Below are positions 11,843 through 26,955 of a stretch of DNA of 64,000 nt, one piece after another; within the stretch, counting starts at the first letter, position 1, and each line of letters begins with the position of its first letter. Below the pieces are notes generated by a model. That model was not told where the DNA came from. It worked only from the letters and a program-made list of their open reading frames with translations, and searched no databases. The position numbers and the translations under genes are program-made. Where the stretch lies: positions 134,292,001 to 134,356,000 of the forward strand of contig NC_042999.1 of NCBI RefSeq assembly GCF_006345805.1, written 5' to 3'. Origin of the DNA: Octopus sinensis. Its lineage: Eukaryota.

Positions 11843-12265
11843 AGTGCGGTGTGACTGTGTGCTAAGAAGGTTGCTTCCCAACTCATGGTTCCGGGTTCAG
11901 TCCCACTGCGTGGCACTTTCGGCAAGTGTCTTCTGCTATAGCCTTCGGCCGACCAAAGCCATGGCAGTGGATTTGGTTAACAGAAACTGAAATAAGTCTG
12001 TCCTATATGTGTGTGGTGTGTGTGTGTGGTGCGCGCGCGCGTGTTCATGTCTATTCATGTCTGTGTTTGTTCTACCCAACCATGGCTTAGAAACCGATGT
12101 TGGTGTGTTTACGTCCTGTAACTTAACGGTTCAGTGGAAGATTTCGATAGAATAAGCAACAGGCTTACAATGAATAAGTCCAGGGAGTCGATTTCTTCAA
12201 CTGAAGGCGATACTCCAGCATGGCCACACTCAAATGACTGAAGCAAGTAACAGAGTAAAAGAGTA
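11843..12265 (+). mobile_element. SINE family B (tRNA head, internal GT microsatellite, tail)
   Basis: GTGACTGTGTGCTAAGAAGG..GGTTCCGGGTTCAGTCCC..GGCAAGTGTCTTCT..(GT)n..CTCCAGCATGGCC..TGACTGAAGCAAGTAA..GAGTAAAAGAG; at least 8 homologues in the window. Confidence 0.85.
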
Positions 12266-12299
12266 ATATATATATGTGTGTGTATGTGTCTGTGTCTGT

Positions 12300-12505
12300 G
12301 TGTCTGTGTTTGTACCCTCACCATTGCTTGACAACCGATGTTGCTGTGTTTACATTCCCATAACTTAGCGATTCGGTAAAAGACACTGATAGAATAAGTA
12401 CTATGCTTACAAAGAATAAATCTTGTGGTCGATTTGTTCGACCAACGGCGGTGCTCCAGCATGGTCACCGTCACATGACTGAAACAAGTAAAACAATAAA
12501 AAAAA
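12300..12505 (+). mobile_element. SINE family B 3' half
   Basis: GCTTGACAACCGATGTTG...GGTGCTCCAGCATGG...TGACTGAAACAAGTAAAA. Confidence 0.8.
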
Positions 12506-12942
12506 CTATGCCATTTTAACCCCAAGCAAGGCCAGGTATCTCTGCTAGTATATATTATATATATAAATGGATATACTTAAATATATGTGTGAATATTTAT
12601 CCGTGCATGCATGTGCTATTTGTGGGGATGGAGGGTGTGTGCGTGTATATGTGACTGTTTTGGTCGTGGCGAAGAATGAATGCAATATTACGACAATATA
12701 ATTCAGAAACAGAGTCGTAGCCTTCAAGACAAACGAGCAGTACAATAGTTCAATTCAAGATATTGTTCCAACTCCATCTGGTATTGTTAAAGACTCATTT
12801 CATGAAATAGGAAGTTTGATTTAATTATAAATACTACTTTTCTTTGTTCTAGAAGTCAATGTAGATTAAGCATCTGAAATATTCAAAAAAGTGTAATAGA
12901 TTGTGCTTAGATTTCAATCTGAGAAATAAATTCTTAGAAAGT

Positions 12943-13176
12943 GCGGCGAGCTGGCAGAAACGTTAGCACGCCGGGCGAAATGCTTAGCGGTATTTCGTCT
13001 GCATTACGTTGTGAGTTCAAATTCCGCCGAGGTCGACTTTGCCTTTCATCCTTTCGGGGTCGATAAATTAAGTACCAGTTACGCACTGGGGTCGATGTAA
13101 TCGACTTAATACCTATGTCTGTCCTTGTTTGTCCCCTCTGTGTTTAGCCCCTTGTGGGTAATAAAGAAATAGGTAT
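12943..13176 (+). mobile_element. SINE family A monomer (young)
   Basis: Near-identical to unit 1 of 4183-4982; ends AAAGAAATAGGTAT. Confidence 0.9.
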
Positions 13177-14545
13177 CCCTGGGTAGGTATTTTTACTTCA
13201 CGTTGCTCCAGTTCAGTTGACTGGTTAAAATAATTATTAAAACTGAATGAGCGCCTAGTCAATTTACTAACTGACTAGCAGCGTTATTGAACCAGTGATA
13301 CAAAAAAATACAAAAACAATGTCCAGGTATGAAAAGAGATACGCCTAATAGTCGATTGTTATTTATCCTATCTTTATCTTTTACATATCTGTCTAGGAGA
13401 CGTGTGGTTCTTGGCAAAAGAAAGCTTAGACTTTCGGTAGGTAGTCTCTGAATAAAAACTGTTATGTTAATATAACATAATTATGACAAGTATTATACAT
13501 GTAAAATCATAGATGAGGCGAGTCAGTTATTCACTTTCGACCAGCTGTTAAAGCATTTTACATCACTTCAAGGAAACGAATGTAGCACCGTTATATTAGA
13601 AGTTTGCTGTAAATCCATGGCCTTGTTCCTCTGCAAGAAATTAATATACTAGAGCTGCTTGGTTTAACTACTTCAGATTAATCCACATACTTTACATTAA
13701 TGTTGTAAAATAAAATTTGCATATAAGAACAGTGAATAAACAAGCACCCATAAATAAATCTGAACCGTACAAATGACTTGTTAGGCCTAAGTCACAAACG
13801 GGTTATGAACGACGAATACAATGTCATCATCTATGCAGATCAAATATATTAAATACATTATAAATTAATGACTTCTTTATCACGTAAATGATACTAGGTA
13901 CTATATGCAACACGTAATTTTATACGTGCAGCAAATGAAATGGATTCTGCATCGGAAGTACCATAAGACAAGTTCGCATGCAGGTTAAAGAATACCTTTA
14001 TGCTCATACTTCTTCCTTCAAAAAACATCGACGAAAATATCACACGCAAGACATCTAAGTCTCCATTAAATCTACAGAAAGTAACATTGGAAACTTGAGA
14101 ATAAAAGAAGCTATTTTAATTAACAAGTACACCATACAAATAAGTGCAGATTCGAATAGCACGCAGCTGATTGAATACTTTAGCAAGGCCAAATAACTTT
14201 TAGGCACAAACTATGTAGAGCAAAGGAATCAGCTATCAACAATTTTTCTCCGTAAATTTCCTGAAGGAGTCCTAACAATAAAATATTGAAATATCAGGAA
14301 ACTGTGTTAGCCATCGACTTGCATTATCAATAGTTTTTTTTAACTTACTTTGTCTTGGCTTTAAAAACACAACTTACAGTATTTACATATACCAGACAAA
14401 GTTTCAGGAAAGCTGAAATACCGCACGATACACACCAACACACCCACATGCCCGCACATACACTCACATGCATACCAATACTCACACACTTACTCATATA
14501 TGTGTGTGTATGTGTGTGTGTGCGTGTCTGTGTTTGTATGCGTGT

Positions 14546-14935
14546 AGGTGTGGCTGTGCGGTAAGAAGCTTGCTTAGATTCAGTCCCACTGCGTTGCACC
14601 TTGGGCAAATGTCTTCCACTGTAGCCTTCGGGCTGACCAAAACCTAGTGGTAGATGGAAACCGAAAGAAGTTCGTCATATATATGCATGTGTGTATGTGT
14701 GTGTGTGCATGTGTGTGTGTTTGTGTATGTGTTTGTGTGTGTGTGCGTTTTTGTGTCTATGTTTGCTTGACAACCGGTTGGTGTGTTTACGTCTCCGTAA
14801 CTTCGCAGTTCATCAAAAGACAACCGATAGAATAACTACTAAGCTTTAAAAACAATAAGTCCTGGGGTCAAGTTGTTCGATTAAAACGTCATCCGGGCAG
14901 TGCTCCAGAATGGCCGCAGTTAAATGACTGTAAGT
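14546..14935 (+). mobile_element. SINE family B
   Basis: Same head / GT microsatellite / tail arrangement as 11843-12265. Confidence 0.8.
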
Positions 14936-16098
14936 GAATATATATATGTATGTATATATATACATATATACATATGTATATATAAGCATATCAAATGCGC
15001 AACCGGTAAAGAACTTTCACCTAATTAAATGTGTTCTCTCATATATATATATATACATGGTGGCTGCCCCCTCGTTATCGAGTATGGCCATTGCACGAAG
15101 TTTAATCAATGTTGTTATCGTGCAATGCCTGTGCAAGAAGATTTTTTTTAAAGTGAGGAAAGGATGTGCACTGAGCCAATCCCACTCACTAAGCAACACC
15201 AGTCATAATCCGAAAAGAAGAACAAGTCAACATCATCGGTAACCACTGAGCCGCAGGTTTTATATCGGAGTTATCCTAGTTACCTGAGTTACCTTCTCCT
15301 AGAAGGATGCCCTAACAAAGGCTAGGAGTCCTTCACTCCCAATGGTTTAACCGCGCGATCGGGTATTCAGTCCGATTATTTCTATGTCCACGCACATGAT
15401 ACAGCCTTAAGACATTTATTGGATGGCCGTTGACTCTCAAGAGTTCCTTCGCCCTTTGACGGGTTTTGTTTTTCATCCCGCAGGGTGTCCAATAAACACC
15501 CTCCTCACCAAGCTTGCCGACGATCCGACCATGCAACAGGTTGTACTGGGTTACATGTTACCAGTTAGCACTCGAAAGTGACCTGACATATACATACATA
15601 CATATATATTGTTTTATAATTTTATAATTTGGTGATAATCGACAAATAGCAGTACCAGGCGAACATTGTGGATTTGCGGAATTATTATACAGATGCATTT
15701 TACATGGCACCAGTCCATGTATTTTTTATGTGGCACAAGTGGAAGTACATTTTATGTGGGACCAGTGGTGGTACTTTTTATGTGGTACCACTCTCTCTCC
15801 CACTCACTCATTTACTCTCTCTTGTTTTATATGTATGAGTTAGTATGTAACTTCCATTATATTGCATTCTGTGTAGTTGTGTATCCCTGTGTATATATTT
15901 ATTTATATATTTATGCATTTTTCAGGACCGTATTCACTTATCAGCGTTTAGAGGTCTGTAGTTGCAAATGAACTGAAAATTGTATCGGTATTTTCCAAAA
16001 CACACACACACAAGCATATACACATATAAACACACACACGCGCAAGCATTTGCGTGCATATACATACATATACATATATGTATGTAAGTTTATATGAG

Positions 16099-16129
<31 letters not shown>

Positions 16130-17099
16130 TGTGTGTGTGTTGTGTGTGACTGCGAGCAGTTCAGCCTGGAGAAGACTCTAGAATGAAATGTGTTCTCTCA
16201 TAAAGCTTTCTCTAATGTCAAGGCAAGAAGAAACCGTAAAACTACAAAACCTTAAGGAGATTTACGCGTGTTTAGACAAGTCAGAATATTTACATTCTTT
16301 GAAAGGAAGATATGAAGCAAAAAGAATAAAGAAATACAATAATATCAAAAATAAAATTGAACAAAAAAAAAACACCGTAATATATCATTAGATTGAAAGG
16401 ATATACTTCGTGAACGATAAAACACCCAACGAATGAAATATCAGTTTGAATGGACGTGTAAAAGTGCAAAGCAAGCATCTGAAACAGTGTAGATTAATAT
16501 AGCTTCTTTGTATTTATTATTCCAGCCACGCTGAAGAATAGGCGCTATGATTGCTGCATAGTTTGTCTCAGATGTACATAAACACACATACAGATAAATA
16601 TGTATTATACAAGGATATAAACATGCACTGACATACAAACACAGACATATATATATACGTACAGTGGTTGCTACCAAAGTGACAGAGATCAGAGATAATA
16701 TCGAAATGAAGACTGTCCTCAGATATTGACAAAAAGCCTTTGGTTCTCAGATGGGTTTCTTCTGTTGTCACTCTAATAGACTGGTCAGTTATGCTCCTCT
16801 CAACTAACATCTGTTTGTCTTCATTGAATTCTCTTGCTACTTGTGTTTTTTTTTAAATTTAGATAATGAGTTACAGATGTTCAAATTGAACATCAACTAT
16901 ATCAACCTCATTATTGAGTACGTGTGAGTTACTGTGCGTAATTGCATATTGGTGTATTTCTTTCATAGATGTTCCATCGAGAATTATATTACACAAGTTG
17001 TCCATTTTTAAAGAGAGTAAGCTATAAATTGTAGAAGAATTGGTTCCTACTTCTAGAATACTGAGCGACTACTTAGGGGCTTGTATATATATATATATA

Positions 17100-17174
<75 letters not shown>

Positions 17175-17200
17175 TATATATTATATATATATATATATAT

Positions 17201-17390
17201 AAGGTTAATCCAAACATGAAAACACAAAGAGAAAACACAACAACGCGAGGATGTGGAACAAGTATAGTATTATTAGACGCTCAGGAGAGAAGTGGGGTTT
17301 AACGTTTCGAGCAGAGCTCTTCGTCAGAAACATAGGAAAAGGAAAGATCCAAAGAAGGGAAGACGGAGGGAAAAAAATTGCCAACGGTAC
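17201..17390 (-). mobile_element. Short hammerhead-bearing element, module type 1, ending in (TA)n
   Basis: Highly similar over ~190 nt to 62675-62866; its 3' end abuts the (TA)n run at ~17085-17200. Confidence 0.75.
17297..17331 (-). ncRNA. Minimal type-I hammerhead ribozyme (35 nt)
   Basis: Minus: GUUU CUGACGA A GAGC UCU GCUC GAA ACGU U AAAC. Stem I 4 bp, stem II 4 bp, self-complementary ACGU stem III, GUU triplet. Confidence 0.8.
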
Positions 17391-17419
17391 AATTCTAGAC
17401 ATATTGGTAATTCTGGTCT

Positions 17420-17800
17420 TATTTTAGTACTAGCTTCGATTCACTACTTCTCAAACACTCTGGTTCCCCTTTATATAGAAATAACCCATATTTCCCTAGA
17501 CCACTGTTACTTCACACTTTTGCCTATCGACTTCAAGATGGTATGATTTTAATATATTGAGCCTTCTGGCCTCTTCTCGGGGCCCTGTTCTTTCCTCTTC
17601 CCTTCGTTCATTTTATTATACGCTTTTGTATTCACTCTGATGAAGCTCCATGTACTAGATCAAATATGCTATGGAGATGACGAATATTATTTTCAGAATT
17701 TCTTTCGTAAGCACCGACTAACATTGAAAGCGAAAACGGCCAAAAGAAATGTTATGTCATGTTTTGTATTAAATAATAATCAACCGATGTGGTTCAATTT
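17420..17800 (+). mobile_element. Probable PLE 3' end with decayed long-stem hammerhead
   Basis: Weak ..YFSNTLVP.. resemblance to the PLE C-terminus; CACU CUGAUGA A GCU [~85 nt] AGC GAAA ACGGCC at 17631-17750. Confidence 0.35.
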
Positions 17801-17990
17801 GTTTGTTTGTTGATCAAAAGTTTTGATTCCTGATAAACTTATGTTTACTCTGTTGTTACCTGTACCCTATGAGTATGGTGTGCTTGCATACCGATTCCCA
17901 GTGATAGTACAGTTAATTGATACCGATAGTAAATACAGATACTTTTCTATTATCCTTTAGACGGTTACTACAACCGCTAACTCTGCTTGC

Positions 17991-18024
<34 letters not shown>

Positions 18025-18175
18025 TTTAATTTATAAGGAAAGATCCAGAGAAATAGTTACCAGGGTAGCCAAATGCCACATAAGAAATTAGTAACCACAC
18101 TTGAATGAGTGATATTTCCGAGGAAAAGTGACAGAGCATAAGAGAAATGGAAAACGAACACTTTTGTTTATAATC

Positions 18176-18262
18176 TCCTCCCTGATGATATTGATACATT
18201 ATTCCACACTAGTCTTCCTCTCGGATTAATTTAATGTATCAATCGAAATATATGTCAGTGAT
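18176..18262 (+). ncRNA. Hammerhead motif with perfect 12-bp stem II
   Basis: CUGAUGA U AUUGAUACAUUA [30 nt] UAAUGUAUCAAU C GAA AUAUAUGU C AGUGAU; GUC triplet, stem I eroded. Confidence 0.65.
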
Positions 18263-18324
18263 ATGGTGATATAAATGATTTAAATCTTGTGCGTTAGTCT
18301 CCATTTTCCATTCTTTTATATAGA

Positions 18325-18595
18325 TATATATGCCAATTAAATGTGGCGGTCTTATAGAAGACGGTGTTACTGTTGTTTTTAGCCCCAGGAAGACATCTCC
18401 AGCTGGCCAACAGCATACAGTCTGTGTTGGATTAGTATTTGGGAGGGAGGTCATCGCTCTCATCTCTAGCCTTACGTGATATACACAGACCCGAGTTTCT
18501 GGGTGTCGTTGATCAGCTGGAGATGTCTTCCTGAGGCTAAAAGCAACAGTAACACCGTTCTCTATAGGACATCCACATTTAGTTGGCAAATATAT
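18325..18595. mobile_element. MITE-like foldback element, ~80-bp terminal inverted repeats
   Basis: ATATATGCCAATTAAATGTGG..ACGGTGTTACTGTTGTTTTTAGCCCCAGGAAGACATCTCCAGCTG mirrored at 18514-18595; TA-rich flanks. Confidence 0.85.
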
Positions 18596-18699
18596 TATAC
18601 GATTCCATACTGTTACTGTTCAGAGATTTTATATAACTTATCTCAATCTTTATATATATCATATTATATTATATTATATTATATATCATATTATATATA

Positions 18700-18880
18700 T
18701 ACTTCAAATTTATAGAAAACCAAAGACGAATACATGCGTAGGAACAACAAGCAAGTGTATTAGTTTGACGCTCGGTAAAAAATGGAAGAGTCTTTTACGT
18801 TTCGAGCCTACGCTCTTCAAAAGAAAGGAATAAGAGGAAATAAATAGAGAGAGAATGAAAAAAAACGTGTTGAGTTCAGT
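18700..18880 (-). mobile_element. Short hammerhead-bearing element, module type 2 (decayed core)
   Basis: Minus at 18792-18827: CUUU CUUUUGA A GAGC GUAG GCUC GAA ACGU A AAAG; homologous to 62936-63137; 3' end abuts TA-rich repeat. Confidence 0.7.
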
Positions 18881-21511
18881 AGTCCATACATAAAAAAAAA
18901 CTTGGAGACATAAGGTACGTTATATAAATCTGTCAAATTATTCTGTTTCCACTGCATGAAACTATTAGCAGCTCGTATTTATTCCTGCGCATATATAATT
19001 AAATTTATCATGCACTGGATGGTGGACTATTTTTGTTGATCCTACATATAATGAAACAGCAAACTACTATATATATATTATATATATGGTATATGACGTA
19101 ACTTTCGATATTATATCTAAGATACACTACATATACCTCATTTATAATATATGTATAGTATATATTATGTCTCGTATAGTATATATTATGTATAGTATAT
19201 ATTATGTCCCGTAATATGTATGTATAGTATATAGTATGTCTCGTAAAACAATAGGTGTCCAAGAAACCAGTGGTGTTTTTTGTTGACTTGAAACTGCCAC
19301 ATCGTATATTTAAGGCAACAATCTCTTATTTTGCATCTCTTCTTTTCACTACTAATCTTACCACCAACCTACCTTGTACCTCCCGTATCAATACGAAGCA
19401 ATTTGGAAAGGCAGACAGTGTTACTAATTTCATTGGATACGGCATGAATAAATATAGGAAGTCTCATTTATGGAAGACCAAAATTAACTAGGATATATTT
19501 TCAGTGTAAAAAATATCACTTCACCTGTTCATCAAAAAGTTTCATTTACACCATTAAATGTAATGGAAGCAACAAAAGTTAAAGAGGACAAAGGTAACAT
19601 GCATTTAGAAATCGGTTCAATATTCACAAGCAACAAATGCGATTTTATACTACCAGCTAGATTGCACTAAGTGAATATTTATGTCGCAAACACATCACCA
19701 AAATTCCTAGTCTTCCAAATTTAACGTTATACTATTTTACATCACATCCTTACACATAAACACATGCATAACAATATGCACACATTCATACAAATATATA
19801 AATTACAATACTTGCCAATAAGTAAATGATCTATTTCTCTAGTTTTAGCTGTTCTGACAAACTGTTGAACATTTTAACACATGACACATTGGATTAACAA
19901 AGCGTGCACTTGTGATCCATACTACGAGATGATATGTTCACTAGTGGATTAAATTTTGGCGCAATTATCATTTATAGTTAGATGACTATTTGATCTCGCA
20001 TCATTTTCAAGCGACTAAGCTGTACCTAATATGATGGCAATATTAGCCACTATTACTCAATGAAAAAAAACAAAGTCGAAGTCGAGACAAATACAGCATG
20101 ACTTCAAGTCTTGCAGTCTCTCACTACTTTTGAAAATTATGAAATTGGAGGTCCGATTAAGTAAATAAATTAAATACATTAGATAAATCCTGTTAGAAGT
20201 CCCCCAAAATATTTAGCTATATGTATATATATATATATATGAATGTATGTATAGAAGGATGGTTGTATATGTATGCATACGTATATTCGTGACACAATTC
20301 GTCCAGTCATAAGTTTGCAAGTCTGGCATACACAGTAAGAAATTAAATAATGTGGTGCCTTTATCAGCAAACATCTAACAGGAAACTTCGGTTAAGCCTT
20401 CTTTGCCATAATATCTTCTTTGCTTTAGGTAATAAAGCTTGCTAGAAACATAGCTTGCATCCGTACGAGATATATTTAATGTAAGTATATGACAGAATTA
20501 TATTTTATAATATCCTATCTTTTAAGCCAAGAGTATCTTTTATATATTCCTGAAGCATGAATTTATTTATTACTTTTTGAACCCTCACTTTAAACGAAGT
20601 ACACGGTAACATATTTTTGTTATGTGTGTGTATGTGTATGTATGTATGTATGTATGTATGTATGTATGTATGTATGTATGTATGTATGTGTGTATGTATG
20701 TATGCATGTATGTATGCATGTGTGTGTGTGTGTGTGTGTAAGTATGTAGGTATATATATGTATATATTTTTATAATTTGTCACAGACTTTCATTTATGTA
20801 TTGTTGGCCGAATAAACGTTGAAAACTATTAATACTGCGCTGTTTCTAGTCTGAACCGATATATTTGACCTGTATGACAAGTGGGTGTGCATAGAATTAA
20901 ATATAAGCGATAAATTTGATTGAGGCATCCGTATTGTATTGTGATTGGTAGAGCATAAAGCGAAGCAATTGCATTGTGATAAATTGGCAATTAATAGTTT
21001 AACCATGCCAACTAATCACCATACTCCTTATAGCAGCCAATCCCAATCCAATGTCATTATTTTAGATCGCCTAATCAGTGAATACTTTCACTCAAAAACT
21101 ATAACCACTCAGCTACCCTAAGATCAAGGTAAGTACGAATAAGACGAGGATTCACACACAAGGTTTAATAAAACATATCAGAACATCATACAAAAGTCAG
21201 ATTCACTCTGCACATTGCTTGTCTCCTGGAAGTCTTCTTCTAACAGCGTCCTGATGTGAAAATTTTTAGTGCATTTCCTTCTGAGTGTTTCTCAGCTGTG
21301 CCACCATTCCTAGATTGTCAGAAATAGAAACTTTACAATTCTGCTGCCATTTGCGGTAAATATCTAATGGAACAAGTCTAGCATATAAATGTAAAATTTG
21401 TATAGCAAGTCATTCCAATGAGAGAATTTGTCTCCCTTGCTGTTTGTTTCATCACTTTCTGTATTTCAGTGGTTATTACCAGTTTTCGGAACATTCAGCC
21501 TTCGTTGCCGT

Positions 21512-21705
21512 TGTTGTTATTATTATTATTATTATTATTATAATTATTATTATTATTATTATTATATTATTATTATTATTATATTATTATTATTATATAT
21601 TATTATTATTATATATTATTATTATTATTATTATTATTATATTATTATTATTATTATATTATTATTATTATTATATTATTATTATATTATTATTATTATT
21701 ATTAT

Positions 21706-21706
<1 letters not shown>
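21512..21706. repeat. (TAA)n/(TAT)n microsatellite at the LINE 3' end
   Basis: Directly visible. Confidence 0.95.
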
Positions 21707-23655
<1,949 letters not shown>

Positions 23656-23699
23656 ATTATTATTATTATTTATATTGTTGTTGTTGTTTTTGTCTAAAG

Positions 23700-23900
23700 C
23701 TGTGAGCTGGCAGAATCGTTAGCACGCCGGACAAAATGCTTAGCGGCATTTCGTCCATATTTACGCCCTGAATTCAAATTCTTCGAATGTCGACTTTTGC
23801 GTTTCATCCTATTCGGGGTCGAAAATGAGTATCAGTTGTGTATTAGGTCGATGTAATGGACCAAAACCTGGTAGCATTGTGCCAAAATTTCAAACTATTA
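23700..23900 (+). mobile_element. SINE family A (older copy)
   Basis: GAGCTGGCAGAATCGTTAGCACGCCGG...TTTCATCCTATTCGGGGTCG...TGTGCCAAAATTTCAAAC then (ATT)/(CAC) tail. Confidence 0.8.
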
Positions 23901-24573
23901 TTATCACCATCACCAGCACCAGCACCAGCACCACCATCACCACCACCACAGTTATCATCATCATCATCATCATCATCATATAACGTTCTTATTTTTTTCT
24001 TTTCTGTGGTTATCTTTTCTTTTGTTATTTATTCAGGTTTTAGTTTTCTATTCTGTCGGTGTTTTCAGCTTTAGCATTCGGTAAGTATAACAAAAAAAAA
24101 CAAGAAACAACAAACAAAAACAAAAGAAGAAGCTGTTTTCATGTATGTGTGTGTATGTGTGTGTGAGTAGTATATGTATAATATGTATGTATTTTTAAAT
24201 ATATATATATGTATGTATATGTGTATGTGTGTATATGTATAAGTATATATATATATATATATACACCATACGCACACACATTTCCTTTAATTGTTGTCAT
24301 CATAGTAATCTAAATCAACATTTGAGAATGGCAGTTGTTTCCTTGAAGCCTGATGTTTGCTGCATAGTATAGCGAAATAATACACCCACAAATACTTTTA
24401 ATACATCAACGTTCTTAATTACTAGTCGACGAACATTTTCGACTTTTACGTTCTTTTTTATATATCACTATATCTCCTTTCTCTATATATCTAGGTATGT
24501 AGATGTGCATATGTGTGCCGGTGTATGTATGTATGTATACGTACACGCACATGTCATCGGGCGTGCGCACACA

Positions 24574-24621
<48 letters not shown>

Positions 24622-24831
24622 CATACACGATCACATTCACTCACACAAACGAACATACACACCTCATGTATTCTTTTTCTTCTAAAAATCTTCAGAGAAA
24701 CCTACTAAGTTTATTTACGGCATTCTTGCTTCTTTCAGCTTGGATTGTTTATCACTAGTTGGTGTTGTAGCATTAACATCCGGGCTCTATGATTTATGGA
24801 ATCATTTCATGCATGAAACAGGCTTGGATCT

Positions 24832-24901
<70 letters not shown>

Positions 24902-25137
24902 TAATACATACATACATACATACATACATACATACATACATACATACATACTTACACATGCACATATATATGTATGTATACATATACATACATGTATATA
25001 CGTATGTATATATATATATATATCTATGTGTGTGTGTGTATGTACGTGTGTGTATACACGTATATTACTACTTATATAACAATATATATATGAATAGATG
25101 TGGATATACACATATGTATATATGTATATATTTATAC

Positions 25138-25227
<90 letters not shown>

Positions 25228-25234
25228 TATATAT

Positions 25235-25272
<38 letters not shown>

Positions 25273-25736
25273 ATATATATATATATAGATATATATATAT
25301 ATATATTATATATATATATACACATATATATGCATATATGCACATATATAAGCACATACTTGAGCGTACTTGGTTTCATTGGTGGTATTCGGTAAGAAAA
25401 TCAAATAGAAACGAACTTCTTTATAAACATGTTTGGGTATATACACGGACACGTACATACACACACGCACACATACACATACATGCACACATACACACAC
25501 GCACACACACAAACACACACATTGACTATGTAGACAGTACAGAGATATATATATATAATGCCTATACACACAAACACAACGTGAGGCGAATGTTAAATTG
25601 TGATCAGACATTTATATGTGGGCCAAGGTGGATTCGAAACCAGAAAGACATTGTGCAATATATTTTTCCACATCAAACATTCTTCATTTTTTTATCCGAG
25701 TGGCATAAGTATGTAATGGTTTATGCTTTATGCAAC

Positions 25737-25776
<40 letters not shown>

Positions 25777-26263
25777 GTGTGTGTGTGTGCGTGTGTGCGT
25801 GTGTGTGTATGTGAGTGTGTGTAGTGTGTGTTGCGTGTTTGGTTATATATGCAAGCGGGCGTGTTTATTTTCTGATGTTTATGTGTACGTGAATACGCAT
25901 CTTGTGATTTGTGCAAGTATCATGAGTTGAATTGAACGAGTATGTTACTAAATGACACACAAGTGTAATGTTAATTTTGATTTTAATTTTAAATGACTCT
26001 GAGGCTTTCATTTGCCTACCTGTATCTCTTCAGGCTTTTCCTCCAGTGTTAAGAGAGTAAGGAAAGAAAAGATAAGAAGAAAAGAAAATCGATATATATA
26101 ATTCGTAAATGTTTTAAATTATCATAGACTGACTAATTTCAAGTTATTCTTTACTGAGAAGCTCTGAAGAAGGGCGAAATAGCGTTATCTACAACCACTA
26201 GGATATTTAAAAAGAAAAATAAACAATTGCGTTTTCTTACTCATAAGAAAAATACCTCTCATC

Positions 26264-26321
<58 letters not shown>

Positions 26322-26794
26322 TTGATCCCTATTCCTGAAAGCTAGGTTGATTGATTAGTGTTTTGTTGTCTAGGAATGGATCTAGTACCCATTCTCCTAG
26401 CATGATATGTTCATTGATGCACTGTAGGATGAGACTGAATCACATACATCTATTACTTACGCTTGACAGCCATTTGTAATGATTAACAAAACTGTGGTCT
26501 CAGATTCGATCACACTGAACCGTATCCTGTACCTATTCTTGATGGCTTGGCTGAGAGTGAACGAGATTGATGTAGTATTTAGTTTGAGACTGATTGGTAA
26601 CTTTTAATCCGGTAGTGTTCTGGTACCAAAAAGGAAAACTGATTAATGGAGGTTTATCTGTTAATTCGGATACTATTTATGACTGTTAGGCATACTGATT
26701 GTTCATTTTGTAATTAAATGTCGAATTTATATTTTTTTCTTTTTGGCCCATTTTATCTTTGTTTGAATTTTTGCCCCATTTCAAAATGTGGCTC

Positions 26795-26955
26795 AAAGCC
26801 AGCAGTTTTAAAGAAGAGGAAATCAATTACATTGATCCCTACTGTTTAACTGGCACTTATTATCGACACCATAAGAATGAAAGGTAAAGTGAACCTCGGC
26901 GGAATTTGAACTCAGTACTAAATACTTTTCCCCGGCGTACTAACGATTCTGCCAG
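26795..26955 (-). mobile_element. SINE family A (decayed)
   Basis: Plus strand AACCTCGGCGGAATTTGAACTCAG...CTAACGATTCTGCCAGCTC is the reverse complement of the family A head. Confidence 0.75.

Noticed and set aside
15245-15545. GC-richer block with minus ORF 15333-15536
   Set aside because: Looks like an interspersed repeat or LINE UTR, but there is no second copy in the window and no protein motif to support a call.
16660-16830. TA-CAGTGGTT as a possible Tc1 terminus
   Set aside because: No second TIR or transposase motif found.
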